This document shows positions 9,500 to 19,043 of a DNA stretch of 48,711 bases, piece by piece. Position numbers and translations under genes: made by a program. The number at the start of each line of letters is the position of its first letter. Positions within the stretch are counted from its first letter, which is position 1. Below the pieces are notes generated by a model. The model ran no database searches, was not told the DNA's origin, and saw nothing but the letters and a program-made list of their open reading frames with translations. Location of the stretch: assembly GCA_031411575.1 (NCBI GenBank), contig JANOBJ010000016.1:1-48711 (forward strand), read 5' to 3'. This stretch comes from Betaproteobacteria bacterium (GTDB lineage: Bacteria; Pseudomonadota; Gammaproteobacteria; Burkholderiales; Burkholderiaceae_C).

Positions 9500-10132
9500 A
9501 TGGGGATGAATGCATTGCGCAAATGGCTGGTGTCGGGCCTGCTCGTGATCGTGCCGGTCGCGATCACCGTGTGGGTGCTCGAATGGATCATCAGCACGCT
9601 GGACAAGACGCTGTTGATCCTGCCGGGTGGCTGGCACCCCGACAAATTGATCGGGTTCCACATCCCGGGTTTTGGCGTGCTGCTGGCATTTGCCATCCTG
9701 CTGGTGGTGGGTGCGGTGGCCAGCAACTTTTTCGGCCGCAAGCTGGTGCACTGGTGGAATGCGCTGCTGCACCGCATTCCGGTGGTTCGCTCCATCTACT
9801 CCGGCGTCAAGCAGGTTTCGGACACGCTGTTCTCCGAGACCGGCAACGCCTTTCGCAAGGCCGTGCTGGTGCAATGGCCACGCGAAGGTGTCTGGACCAT
9901 TGCCTTCGTCACGGGTGTGCCCGGCGGCGACACCGCCAATCACCTGACGGGCGACTACCAGAGCGTGTACGTGCCGACCACCCCCAACCCCACCGGTGGC
10001 TATTTCGTGATGCTCCGCAAGAGCGAGTGCATCGAGCTCAAGATGAGCGTGGACGAGGCTCTCAAGTACATCGTGTCGATGGGCGTGGTCGTTCCTGGCG
10101 GCCCGGCCAACCCCAACCTCTTCAACAAATAA
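9500..10132 (+). CDS. DUF502 membrane protein
   Basis: Two N-terminal TM helices plus the 'TPNPTGGY' motif characteristic of DUF502. Confidence 0.75.
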   Translation: MGMNALRKWLVSGLLVIVPVAITVWVLEWIISTLDKTLLILPGGWHPDKLIGFHIPGFGVLLAFAILLVVGAVASNFFGRKLVHWWNALLHRIPVVRSIYSGVKQVSDTLFSETGNAFRKAVLVQWPREGVWTIAFVTGVPGGDTANHLTGDYQSVYVPTTPNPTGGYFVMLRKSECIELKMSVDEALKYIVSMGVVVPGGPANPNLFNK

Positions 10133-10175
10133 GGCCTGCCTCGGGCACGCTGATACCTCACGCTGGAAGATTTGT

Positions 10176-11984
10176 ATGGCTATGCGTTCCCACTATTGCG
10201 GTCTGGTGACCGAGGCCCTGATGGGCGAAACCGTGACCCTGTGCGGCTGGGTGAACCGCCGTCGCGACCACGGCGGCGTGATTTTCGTGGACCTGCGCGA
10301 CCGCGAAGGCTATGTGCAGGTGGTGTGCGACCCGGACCGGGCCGACATGTTCAAGACTGCCGAAGGCCTGCGCAACGAGTTCTGCATTCAGGTCAAGGGC
10401 CTTGTGCGCGCGCGCCCGAGCGGCACCGTCAACGACAACCTCAAGAGCGGCAAGATCGAGGTGCTGTGCCATGAACTGACGGTGCTCAACCCGTCGGTCA
10501 CGCCGCCGTTCCAGCTCGATGACGACAACCTTTCGGAGACCACCCGCCTCACGCACCGCGTGCTGGACCTGCGCCGCCCCTACATGCAGAACAACCTGAT
10601 GCTGCGCTACAAGACGGCGATGGAAGTGCGCAAGTTCCTTGACGCCAACGGATTCATCGACATCGAAACGCCGATGCTTACCAAGTCGACGCCCGAAGGC
10701 GCGCGCGATTACCTGGTACCGAGCCGCGTGCACGAAGGCATGTTCTTCGCATTGCCGCAGTCGCCCCAACTGTTCAAGCAACTGCTGATGGTGGCGGGCT
10801 ACGACCGCTACTACCAGATCACCAAGTGCTTCCGCGACGAAGACCTGCGCGCTGACCGGCAGCCCGAGTTCACGCAAATCGATATCGAGACTTCGTTCCT
10901 GACCGAGCAGGACATCCGCGACATGTTCCAGGGCATGATCGCCACCGTTTTCAAGAACGTGCTGAACGTGGACCTGGGCGAATTTCCCGTCATGGCTTAC
11001 TCAGAGGCGATGCACCGCTACGGCTCCGACAAGCCCGACCTGCGCGTCAAGCTCGAGTTCACCGAACTGACCGACGTCATGGCCACCGTGGACTTCAAGG
11101 TGTTCTCGGCGCCGGCCACGATGGAGGGAGGCCGCGTGGTGGCGCTGCGCGTGCCGGGTGGCGCAACCGAGGGCAGCGGCATGAGCCGCGGCGAGATCGA
11201 CGCCTACACCGAGTTCGTCAAGATCTACGGCGCCAAGGGGCTGGCCTGGATCAAGGTCAATGAAGTGGCAAAAGGCCGTGAAGGCCTGCAGTCGCCGATC
11301 GTCAAGAACCTGCACGACGCGGCCATCGCCGAAATCCTGAAGCGCACCGGCGCCCAGGACGGCGATCTGCTGTTCTTCGGTGCCGACAAGGCCAAGATCG
11401 TCAACGACGCCATCGGTGCGCTGCGCATCAAGGTCGGTCACAGCGAGTTCGGCAAGAAGAACGGCCTGTTCGAGAAGTCCTGGCGGCCGATGTGGGTGGT
11501 CGATTTCCCGATGTTCGAGTTCGACGAAGAGGCCCAGCGCTACACCGCCGTGCACCACCCGTTCACCGCGCCCAAGGACGGGCACGAGGACTGGATGGTG
11601 ACCGCGCCCGAGAAATGCATCGCCAAGGGCTACGACATGGTGCTCAACGGCTGGGAGATCGGCGGTGGCTCGGTGCGTATCCACCGCGCCGACGTACAGC
11701 AAAAGGTGTTTGACGCGCTCAAGATCACACCCGAGGAAGCGCAGGCCAAGTTCGGCTTCCTGCTGGATGCGTTGCAGTACGGCGCGCCTCCGCACGGCGG
11801 ACTGGCCTTTGGCCTGGACCGCATCGTCACGCTGATGACGGGTGCCGAATCCATCCGTGACGTGATCGCGTTCCCCAAGACCCAGCGCGCCCAGTGCCTG
11901 CTGACCCAGGCGCCGTCACCCGTGGACGAAAAGCAGTTGCGCGAGTTGCACATCAAGTTGCGCCATCCGGTCGCAGCCGCTTGA
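10176..11984 (+). CDS. aspS: Aspartate--tRNA ligase
   Basis: 'RSHYCG', 'GWV.RRRDHGG.IF.DLRD', '[11 protein letters not shown]', '[18 protein letters not shown]', 'GGGSVRIH'. Confidence 0.97.
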   Translation: MAMRSHYCGLVTEALMGETVTLCGWVNRRRDHGGVIFVDLRDREGYVQVVCDPDRADMFKTAEGLRNEFCIQVKGLVRARPSGTVNDNLKSGKIEVLCHELTVLNPSVTPPFQLDDDNLSETTRLTHRVLDLRRPYMQNNLMLRYKTAMEVRKFLDANGFIDIETPMLTKSTPEGARDYLVPSRVHEGMFFALPQSPQLFKQLLMVAGYDRYYQITKCFRDEDLRADRQPEFTQIDIETSFLTEQDIRDMFQGMIATVFKNVLNVDLGEFPVMAYSEAMHRYGSDKPDLRVKLEFTELTDVMATVDFKVFSAPATMEGGRVVALRVPGGATEGSGMSRGEIDAYTEFVKIYGAKGLAWIKVNEVAKGREGLQSPIVKNLHDAAIAEILKRTGAQDGDLLFFGADKAKIVNDAIGALRIKVGHSEFGKKNGLFEKSWRPMWVVDFPMFEFDEEAQRYTAVHHPFTAPKDGHEDWMVTAPEKCIAKGYDMVLNGWEIGGGSVRIHRADVQQKVFDALKITPEEAQAKFGFLLDALQYGAPPHGGLAFGLDRIVTLMTGAESIRDVIAFPKTQRAQCLLTQAPSPVDEKQLRELHIKLRHPVAAA

Positions 11985-12160
11985 TATTGCGCAAGTCCGA
12001 GCCGGTTTGAAGGTCGTTTAAGTTTCACTTAAGCTGTGAAACGGACAGTAACGCAGATGGTGGTCGCCTTGAGAACGAACATGACCCGTGGGAGCTTGGC
12101 TGCCGGTGTGTGTACGTTGCAGGGTGCAACGCCTCCATCTGACTGCGCCACTGGATTGGT

Positions 12161-12460
12161 ATGGATTACTACCTGAACATCGTCAACTACGTGCTGGATT
12201 TCGTGCTGATCGGCGTCTCGCTGTGGATGGCACTCTCGGCGGCATCCATGGGCATGGGCGGTATCCTGGGTGAATCCATGCGTCTGGTGTCGATCGGGGC
12301 GATCGTTCTGGGCCTCGCGCACCTGCTGGAAAGCGTTCTGGATTCCATGGTTCATCTGTCGACCGACCAGAACGAATTCATCCACCGATCCATGATTTTG
12401 GTGGGTTTTGTGCTGTTGTCGCTGGGCTTGCGCCGGATCGGCGAATTGCGCCGCCGATAA
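12161..12460 (+). CDS. Hypothetical small membrane protein (3 predicted TM helices)
   Basis: 99-aa hydrophobic ORF followed by a clean rho-independent terminator. No family recognised. Confidence 0.5.
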   Translation: MDYYLNIVNYVLDFVLIGVSLWMALSAASMGMGGILGESMRLVSIGAIVLGLAHLLESVLDSMVHLSTDQNEFIHRSMILVGFVLLSLGLRRIGELRRR

Positions 12461-12486
12461 GCCGGCCGCACTGCGGCAGAATGAAA

Positions 12487-12510
12487 GGGCGCCTCTGTGG
12501 CGCCCTTTTT
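12487..12510 (+). terminator. Rho-independent terminator
   Basis: GGGCGCC-TCTGT-GGCGCCC followed by TTTTT, 27 nt after the stop codon at 12458-12460. Confidence 0.75.
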
Positions 12511-12511
12511 C

Positions 12512-12988
12512 ATGACCCGACCCTACAAAATCCCCGAATCGGTACTGGTGGTCATCCACACTCCGGCACTTGACGTGCTGCTGATCCAGCGCGCCGATGT
12601 CGACACCACCGCCGGTGGCTTCTGGCAATCGGTCACCGGCGCCAAGGACTGGCCCGATGAACCGCTGGCGATGACCGCCGCGCGCGAAGTGCACGAGGAA
12701 ACCGGCATCGACTGCGGGCCGGGTATGCCGCTCGCCGCCGGCCTGCGCGACTGGGGCCTGCAAAACATCTACGACATCTACCCGCGCTGGCAGTACCGCT
12801 ACGCGCCCGGCGTTACCCGCAACACCGAGCATCTGTTCGGCTTGCGGGTGCCGGCGGGCACGGCGGTCATCCTGAACCCGCGCGAGCACCAGGCGTACCG
12901 CTGGTTGCCCTGGCGCGAGGCGGCCGATGCGTGCTTTTCGCCTTCGAATGCCGAGGCCATCCTGCTGCTGCCACAATTTGCGCTGTGA
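12512..12988 (+). CDS. nudB: Nudix hydrolase, dihydroneopterin triphosphate diphosphatase-like
   Basis: Nudix box 'GAKDWPDEPLAMTAAREVHEETGI'. Start set at the ATG at 12512, because the upstream GTG lies inside the terminator hairpin. Confidence 0.75.
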   Translation: MTRPYKIPESVLVVIHTPALDVLLIQRADVDTTAGGFWQSVTGAKDWPDEPLAMTAAREVHEETGIDCGPGMPLAAGLRDWGLQNIYDIYPRWQYRYAPGVTRNTEHLFGLRVPAGTAVILNPREHQAYRWLPWREAADACFSPSNAEAILLLPQFAL

Positions 12989-13731
12989 ACAAGCCGGCTC
13001 GTCCCATTTTTCGCGTTGCCACCTACAACATCCACAAAGGCGTGCAAGGCATCGGCCCGCGCCGCCGGTTGGAGATCCACAACCTCGGCCATGCGGTGGA
13101 ACAGCTCGATGCCGACGTGGTGTGCCTGCAGGAGGTGCGCAAGGTGCACCGGCGCGAAGAGCAGTACTTCACGCGCTGGCCCGACATGGGGCAGGCCGAT
13201 TTTCTGGCGCCCGAGGGCTACGAAGCGGTTTACCGCACCAATGCCGTCACCCGCCACGGCGAGCACGGCAACGCGCTGCTGTCGCGCTGGCCGGTGGTGC
13301 GCCACCAGCACGAAGACATTTCGGACCACCGGTTCGAACAGCGCGGCCTGCTGCATGTGGAAGTGATCGTTGACGACCAGCCGATCCACGTCATCGTGGT
13401 GCACCTGGGGCTGATCCCGGCCAGCCGCTTGCGCCAGGTCGACCAGCTGCGCCACTTCATCCAGCGCGAGATTCCGGCCAAGGCGCCGTTGGTGGTGGCG
13501 GGCGATTTCAATGACTGGGGCAACCAGGTCCGGCGTTCGCTGGGCACGATCAACCTGGTCGCGGTGGACAGCCAGCGGCATGCCACGTACCCGGCGCGCC
13601 TGCCCCTGGTGCAGCTGGACCACGTGTATGTGCGCGGCATGAAGCCGCTGGGCCTGACCGTGCCGCGTGGCCGTATCTGGTGGCGCATGTCCGACCACCT
13701 GCCGCTGCTGGCTGAGTTCGAGCTTCATTGA
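12985..13731 (+). CDS. Endonuclease/exonuclease/phosphatase (EEP) family protein (YbhP-like)
   Basis: 'VATYNIHKG', 'VVAGDFND', 'SDHLPL'. GTGA overlap with nudB. The start is uncertain (the ORF is open from 12931). Confidence 0.75.
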   Translation: MNKPARPIFRVATYNIHKGVQGIGPRRRLEIHNLGHAVEQLDADVVCLQEVRKVHRREEQYFTRWPDMGQADFLAPEGYEAVYRTNAVTRHGEHGNALLSRWPVVRHQHEDISDHRFEQRGLLHVEVIVDDQPIHVIVVHLGLIPASRLRQVDQLRHFIQREIPAKAPLVVAGDFNDWGNQVRRSLGTINLVAVDSQRHATYPARLPLVQLDHVYVRGMKPLGLTVPRGRIWWRMSDHLPLLAEFELH

Positions 13732-13732
13732 G

Positions 13733-14965
13733 ATGGCCGCCGGCCTGGTTCCCCTGCGAAACGGCCATGTTGTCCAGCTGCTGATGGGCAGCCAGGAGTA
13801 CTTTCCGGCTTTGATCGGCGCGATCGACCGCGCGACCGAAGAGGTGTGGCTCGAAACCTATATCTTTGACTTCACCGCCTCGGGCAGCGAGGTGGCCGAG
13901 GCACTGCTGCGCGCCGCCCGCCGCGGCGTGGCCACGCAACTGATCGTGGATGGCATCGGCACGGCCAGATTGCCAGAGCCCTGGCCGCAACGCTTTGACG
14001 ACGCCGGCGTGCAGTGGCGCGTGTTTTCGCCTCTGGGCCGGTTTGGCCTGCTGATTCCCAGCCGCTGGCGCCGGTTGCACCGCAAGCTGTGCGTGGTGGA
14101 CGGCGCAATAGCCTTCTGCGGCGGCATCAATATCCTGGACGACTTTCACGATCCGAACCACGGCACCCTGACCGCGCCGCGGTTTGACTTTGCGGTCCAG
14201 GCCAGCGGCCCGCTGGTGGCCGACATGCGCGAGGCCATTGCGCAGCTGTGGCGGCGCATGGAAGCCGTGCGCGACGTGCGGCAGCGCCAGCTGGCGGCGG
14301 CCTTCACCGTGCTGCGGAGCGCGGGCCGGCTGTTCGGCGCCAGTGGCGCTGCGCCACTGGCGCCCGCCGACGACACCCAGACGCCCCACGTGACGCGCGC
14401 CGCGCTGCTGCTGCGCGACAACCTGCGCAACCGCAGCCGCATCGAGCGCGCCTACCGCAGGGCCATTGGCACGGCGCGCCACGAAATCATCATCGCCAAC
14501 GCCTACTTCCTGCCCGGCCGCAAGCTGCGCAAGGCCTTGATCCTGGCAGCCGGCCGCGGCGTGCGGGTGCAGCTGCTGCTGCAGGGCAAGTCCGAATACT
14601 TCATGCAATACCATGCATCGCGGCCGGTGTATGGCGCGCTGTTGGCGGCCGGCGTGGAGATCCACGAGTACGCGCCCAGCTTCCTGCACGCCAAGGTGGC
14701 CGTGGTCGATGGGCGCTGGGCCACGGTCGGGTCGTCCAACCTCGATCCCTTGAGCCTGCTGCTGGCGCGCGAGGCCAATGTGGTGGTGGAAGACGCCGAA
14801 TTTGCCACCCATCTGCGCGACAAGCTGGTGCACGCGATGCAGCACCAGGGCCAGCGTATTGACCCGGCCCGCTACGCCAGCCGGCCGTGGGGCCAGCGCC
14901 TGCGCGACCGGATGGCCTTTGGCCTGATGCGCATGGCGCTGTTTGTCACCGGCCACCGGTACTGA
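13733..14965 (+). CDS. clsB: Phospholipase D-family cardiolipin synthase (ClsB-like)
   Basis: Two HKD motifs ('HRKLCVVDG', 'HAKVAVVDG...GSSNLD') and no N-terminal TM. The EEP-clsB pairing matches E. coli ybhP-clsB. Confidence 0.8.
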   Translation: MAAGLVPLRNGHVVQLLMGSQEYFPALIGAIDRATEEVWLETYIFDFTASGSEVAEALLRAARRGVATQLIVDGIGTARLPEPWPQRFDDAGVQWRVFSPLGRFGLLIPSRWRRLHRKLCVVDGAIAFCGGINILDDFHDPNHGTLTAPRFDFAVQASGPLVADMREAIAQLWRRMEAVRDVRQRQLAAAFTVLRSAGRLFGASGAAPLAPADDTQTPHVTRAALLLRDNLRNRSRIERAYRRAIGTARHEIIIANAYFLPGRKLRKALILAAGRGVRVQLLLQGKSEYFMQYHASRPVYGALLAAGVEIHEYAPSFLHAKVAVVDGRWATVGSSNLDPLSLLLAREANVVVEDAEFATHLRDKLVHAMQHQGQRIDPARYASRPWGQRLRDRMAFGLMRMALFVTGHRY

Positions 14966-15009
14966 GCACCAGCCATGCAGCAGGCGGGCGTGGCGCACGG
15001 GGCAGGGCG

Positions 15010-16041
15010 ATGAACGGCACCCGGGTTGACCTGGTGGTGCAGCGCCCCGAGGGCCTGTACTGCCCCGCGGGCGATTTCTTCATCGATCCGTGGCGCCCGG
15101 TGGACCGCGCCATCATCACCCACGCCCACGCCGACCATGCCCGCACCGGGCACCGCCACTACCTGGCCGCCGCGCCCGCCGAGGGCGTGCTGCGGGCGCG
15201 GCTGGGCCCGGTCACGCTGCAGACGCTGGCCTATGGCGAGCGCATCGAACACCACGGCGTGGCGGTGTCGCTGCACCCGGCCGGGCACGTGCTCGGGTCG
15301 GCCCAGGTGCGGCTGGAACACGGCGGTCAGGTCTGGGTGGCCAGCGGCGACTACAAGGTCGCGCCCGACCGCACCTGCGCGCCGTTCGAACCGGTGCGCT
15401 GCCACGTCTTCATCACCGAATCGACCTTCGGCCTGCCGATCTACCGCTGGCAGCCAGACGACGCCGTGTTTGCCGACATCAACGCCTGGTGGCAGGCCAA
15501 TGCCGCAGCGGGCCGCGCCAGCGTGCTGCTGTGCTACAGCTTTGGCAAGGCCCAGCGCATCCTGAGCGGGGTGGACCCTGCCATCGGCCCGATCGTCGTG
15601 CACGGCGCGGTGGAGCCGCTGAACCGCGCCTACCGTGCCGCCGGCGTGGCGCTGCCCGACACGCTCACCGTGTCCGATGTGACCGACAAGGCCGATCTGC
15701 AGCGCGCCCTGGTGTTGTGCCCGCCGGGCGCTGCCGCCAGCCCCTGGATCAAGCGCTTTGGCGACGCCAGCGACGCCTTTGCCAGCGGCTGGATGCAGCT
15801 GCGCGGCGCGCGCCGGCGCGGCGGCTACGACCGTGGTTTTGTGCTGTCCGACCACGCCGACTGGCCCGGCCTGCTCGCCGCCATCGGCGCCACCGGCGCC
15901 CAGCGCGTCATCGTCACCCACGGCAGCGTGCCGGTGATGGTGCGCTACCTCGGTGGCCAGGGTCTGCGGGCCGAGGCGTTTCAGACGGAATACGGCGACG
16001 ACACGGTGGACGAACAGGCCGCGGGGGTGACCGCCGCATGA
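15010..16041 (+). CDS. Ligase-associated DNA damage response exonuclease (metallo-beta-lactamase fold)
   Basis: 'ITHAHADH' HxHxDH motif and an ATGA overlap with the ligase. Start at the ATG at 15010 ('MNGTRVDLV'). Confidence 0.85.
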   Translation: MNGTRVDLVVQRPEGLYCPAGDFFIDPWRPVDRAIITHAHADHARTGHRHYLAAAPAEGVLRARLGPVTLQTLAYGERIEHHGVAVSLHPAGHVLGSAQVRLEHGGQVWVASGDYKVAPDRTCAPFEPVRCHVFITESTFGLPIYRWQPDDAVFADINAWWQANAAAGRASVLLCYSFGKAQRILSGVDPAIGPIVVHGAVEPLNRAYRAAGVALPDTLTVSDVTDKADLQRALVLCPPGAAASPWIKRFGDASDAFASGWMQLRGARRRGGYDRGFVLSDHADWPGLLAAIGATGAQRVIVTHGSVPVMVRYLGGQGLRAEAFQTEYGDDTVDEQAAGVTAA

Positions 16042-17804
16042 GGCGCTTCGCCGCCCTGTTCAGCGAACTCGACAGCACCACCTCGACCAACGCCAAGGTG
16101 GCGGCGCTGCAGCGCTACTTTGCCGGCGCTGACGCCGCCGACGCGGCCTGGGGGGTGTACTTTTTGTCGGGCGGCAAGCCACGCCAGGTGGTGAAAACGG
16201 CCCAGTTGCGCGCGCTGGCCACCGAGGCGGCGGGCATCGAGGACTGGCTGTTCGAGGAGTGCTACCAGGCGGTGGGTGACCTGGCCGAGACCATCGCGCA
16301 CATCCTGCCGACCGAGGGCGAGCCGACGGATGTGCCACTGGCCGAATGGATTGAGCAGCGGCTGCTGCCCCTGCGCGGCCTGCCGGGCGACGAGGTGGCG
16401 CAGCGCGTGCGCGGCTACTGGCGCGAGCTGGATGCGCCGGGCCGCTTTTTGCTGACCAAGCTGGTGGGTGGCGGTTTCAGGGTGGGGGTGAGCAAGCTCC
16501 TGGTGCAGCGCGCGCTGGCGGCGCACGCGGGCATCGACGCCAAGCGCGTGGCGCAGCGGATGATGGGCTATACCGATGGCAAAAGCCTGCCAAGCGCTAC
16601 TAAATATAGAGCATTGATTGACGAGGGGACGGGCACTACAGGCACTTTTGATGATGAAGGGCAGCCCTACCCGTTCTTTCTGGCGCATGCACTCGACAAG
16701 GGCCTAGAAGCCGCGCCCGGCGCGCTCGAAGCCCGGCTCGGCGCGGTGTCGGACTGGCTGGTGGAGTGGAAATACGACGGCATCCGGGGCCAGATCGTGC
16801 GGCGCGGCAGCGGCACGGCGTCGCAGGTCTGGGTCTGGTCGCGCGGCGAAGAGCTGGTGACCGAGCGCTTTCCCGAGCTGGTGGCGCTGGCGCAGGCGCT
16901 GCCCGACGGCACCGTACTGGACGGCGAAATCGTGGTGTGGCTGCCCGACGCGGACGGTCCGGCGCCGTTTGCGCTGCTGCAGCAGCGCATCGGCCGCAAG
17001 ACGCTCGGCCGCAAGGTGCTGGCCGATGCGCCGGTCAGCTTCATCGCCTACGACCTGCTGGAGCAGGGCGGCCAGGACATTCGCGCGTTGCCCCAGCACG
17101 AGCGCCGTGCCCGGCTGGAAGCGGTGCTGGCCGGCAGCGCGTTCCGCCTGTCGCCGCGGGTGCAGCGCGAATCGTGGGCGGCGCTGGCTGAACTGCGGGC
17201 CGAGTCGCGGGCGCGCGGGGTCGAAGGCTTCATGCTCAAAGCTCTGACCAGCGCCTACGGCACTGGCAGGCAAAAAAGGGGTCAGAGCCCGAATTTGGCT
17301 GCGCCAATATCGGGGTCCGACCCCATTTTTGCCTGGTGGAAATGGAAGATCGACCCCATGACCATCGACTGCGTGCTGATCTACGCCCAGGCCGGGCACG
17401 GCCGCCGCGCCTCGGTGTACACCGACTACACCTTTGCCGTCTGGAGCCGCCCGCCGGTGAGTGCTGCGGAGGCTGAGTCGGTGCTGGACGCGATTGCCCG
17501 GAAAGAGCCCGCCGAACCCGGCCAGCTTCAACTAGTCGCCTTCGCCAAAGCCTATTCCGGCCTGACCGACGAGGAATTCAAGGCGGTGGACTCGGTGATC
17601 CGCAAGACCACGCTGGAGAAGTTCGGCCCGGTGCGCAGCGTGCGGCCGTCGCTGGTGTTTGAGCTGGGTTTTGAAGGCATCAACCGCAGCCCGCGCCACA
17701 AAAGCGGCATTGCGGTGCGTTTTCCACGCATGCTGCGCATCCGGACTGACAAGCCGCTGGCCGGGGCCAATACCCTGCAAGACCTCGAATTGCTACTAAA
17801 ATAA
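16038..17804 (+). CDS. ATP-dependent DNA ligase (ligase-associated DNA damage response type)
   Basis: Motif I 'EWKYDGIR', motif IV 'EGFMLK', motif V 'WWKWK'. The 5' part of ORF 15090..17804 is an out-of-frame overlap with the exonuclease gene. Contains repeats A3 and B in frame, and the stop codon lies in repeat A4. Confidence 0.9.
   Translation: MRRFAALFSELDSTTSTNAKVAALQRYFAGADAADAAWGVYFLSGGKPRQVVKTAQLRALATEAAGIEDWLFEECYQAVGDLAETIAHILPTEGEPTDVPLAEWIEQRLLPLRGLPGDEVAQRVRGYWRELDAPGRFLLTKLVGGGFRVGVSKLLVQRALAAHAGIDAKRVAQRMMGYTDGKSLPSATKYRALIDEGTGTTGTFDDEGQPYPFFLAHALDKGLEAAPGALEARLGAVSDWLVEWKYDGIRGQIVRRGSGTASQVWVWSRGEELVTERFPELVALAQALPDGTVLDGEIVVWLPDADGPAPFALLQQRIGRKTLGRKVLADAPVSFIAYDLLEQGGQDIRALPQHERRARLEAVLAGSAFRLSPRVQRESWAALAELRAESRARGVEGFMLKALTSAYGTGRQKRGQSPNLAAPISGSDPIFAWWKWKIDPMTIDCVLIYAQAGHGRRASVYTDYTFAVWSRPPVSAAEAESVLDAIARKEPAEPGQLQLVAFAKAYSGLTDEEFKAVDSVIRKTTLEKFGPVRSVRPSLVFELGFEGINRSPRHKSGIAVRFPRMLRIRTDKPLAGANTLQDLELLLK
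16593..16656 (+). repeat. Family-A repeat copy A3, in frame inside the DNA ligase gene
   Basis: GCGCTACTAAATATAGAGCATTGATTGACGAGGGGACGGGCACTACAGGCACTTTTGATGATG. Encodes 'SATKYRALIDEGTGTTGTFDD'. Confidence 0.8.
17271..17331. repeat. Family-B palindromic MITE-like element (GGGGTCAGAGCCC ... GGGGTCCGACCCC), in frame inside the ligase gene
   Basis: CAAAAAAGGGGTCAGAGCCCGAATTTGG-ctgcg-CCAATATCGGGGTCCGACCCCATTTTTG, with imperfect ~25-nt inverted arms. Resembles the 'GGGGTCAGA...TCTGACCCC' elements common in Burkholderiales. Confidence 0.7.
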
Positions 17805-17850
17805 TAGCAAACTATGACCGCTGGATGAGGACCACAAGCCAATTACAGGG
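17790..17850 (+). repeat. Family-A repeat copy A4, spanning the ligase stop codon
   Basis: TTGCTACTAAAATAATAGCAAACTATGACCGCTGGATGAGGACCACAAGCC. The ligase ends TTG CTA CTA AAA TAA within the core. Confidence 0.85.
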
Positions 17851-17877
17851 ATAATCATTCACTGGTACGATCATCGG

Positions 17878-18615
17878 ATGTTAATGCCCGCCCAAAACGC
17901 CATGAAACTCGCTGATCCTGCGCAACAGGATGACCAGGGCACGCCGGTGTCCGTCAAGATCCGTGAGCGCATCAACGCCGCCCGCAAGCGCTACCACGCC
18001 AATGACAACATCGCCGATTTCATTGAGCCTGGCGAGCTGGACGGCCTGCTCGACGAGGTCACCGCCAAGATGGAGGGCGTGCTGTCCAGCCTGGTGATCG
18101 ACACCGACAACGACCACAACACCGCCAACACCGCGCGCCGTGTGGCCAAGATGTACGTCAACGAGGTGTTCAACGGGCGCTACGTCAAGGTGCCCAACAT
18201 CACCGAGTTTCCCAACGCCGAGCACTTGAACGAGCTGATGATCGTCGGCCCGATCACGGTGCGCAGCGCCTGCAGCCACCATTTTTGCCCGGTCATCGGC
18301 AAGGTCTGGATCGGCGTGCTGCCCAATGAGCACACCAACGTGATCGGCCTTTCCAAATACGCGCGGCTGGCCGAATGGGTGATGGGCCGCCCGCAGATCC
18401 AGGAAGAAGCCGTGATCCAGCTGGCCGACCTGGTGATGGAAAAAACCCAGCCCGACGGCCTGGCCATCGTGATGGAAGCCAGCCACTACTGCATGGCCTG
18501 GCGCGGCGTGAAAGACATGGACAGCAAAATGATCAACTCCGTCATGCGCGGCGCCTTCCTGAAAGACGCCAACCTGCGCCGCGAATTCCTGGCGCTCATC
18601 CCGCGGAGGGCCTGA
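17878..18615 (+). CDS. folE: GTP cyclohydrolase I (FolE type, variant 'CSHH' in place of 'CEHH')
   Basis: 'SACSHHFCPV.GK..IG..P......GLSKYARL.E....RPQIQE', 'EASHYCM..RGV'. Confidence 0.85.
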   Translation: MLMPAQNAMKLADPAQQDDQGTPVSVKIRERINAARKRYHANDNIADFIEPGELDGLLDEVTAKMEGVLSSLVIDTDNDHNTANTARRVAKMYVNEVFNGRYVKVPNITEFPNAEHLNELMIVGPITVRSACSHHFCPVIGKVWIGVLPNEHTNVIGLSKYARLAEWVMGRPQIQEEAVIQLADLVMEKTQPDGLAIVMEASHYCMAWRGVKDMDSKMINSVMRGAFLKDANLRREFLALIPRRA

Positions 18616-18617
18616 CC

Positions 18618-19043
18618 ATGCTGGTACGCCTGCTCTACGTCAGCCGCGCGGTCGACCCCGCCTCGTCCGCCGCCACCGAATCGATTCTCTCCACCTCGCG
18701 GGCCCACAACATGGGCAACGGCATCACCGGCATCCTGTGCTATGGCGGCGGCATTTACCTGCAGGCCATCGAAGGCGGTCGCAACGCGGTGAACGAGCTC
18801 TATGGCCATATCGTGCGCGACATGCGCCACAAAGACGTGGCCCTGCTGCACTACGAAGAAATCACCGAGCGCCGCTTCGGCGGCTGGACCATGGGCCAGG
18901 TCAACCTGGCCAAGCTCAACACCTCGATCGTGCTGAAGTACTCGGAAAAGCCCGAACTCGACCCGTACGCTGTCTCGGGCCAGGTGTCGCTGGCATTGCT
19001 CGAAGAGCTGATGGCCACGGCGTCGATCATCGGCCGGGCTTGA
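18618..19043 (+). CDS. Stand-alone BLUF (blue-light FAD sensor) domain protein
   Basis: 'LLYVSRA........IL..SR..N...GITGILCY..G.YLQAIEG....V..LY..I..D.RH'. Starts 2 nt after the folE stop. Confidence 0.88.
   Translation: MLVRLLYVSRAVDPASSAATESILSTSRAHNMGNGITGILCYGGGIYLQAIEGGRNAVNELYGHIVRDMRHKDVALLHYEEITERRFGGWTMGQVNLAKLNTSIVLKYSEKPELDPYAVSGQVSLALLEELMATASIIGRA

Noticed and set aside
15090-16037. 5' extensions of ORFs in the track. They are 15090.. for the ligase, 40724.. for lhr, ..42073 for the Bug gene, 25008.. for the 36-haem gene, 3834.. for the Tim44-like gene, 14887.. for the exonuclease and 18737.. for DUF429.
   Set aside because: The extensions overlap neighbouring well-supported genes in another frame or strand and lack family similarity. 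Internal starts give ATGA or GTGA coupling and proper N-termini or signal peptides.
17850-17859. Fur-box-like GATAATCATT upstream of folE, and GATTATGTAGATTTTCACA at 22071-22089 upstream of the cytochrome cluster.
   Set aside because: Each matches only about half of the 19-bp Fur consensus GATAATGATAATCATTATC. Such matches are expected by chance in AT-rich DNA. Iron regulation remains possible but these sites do not support it.
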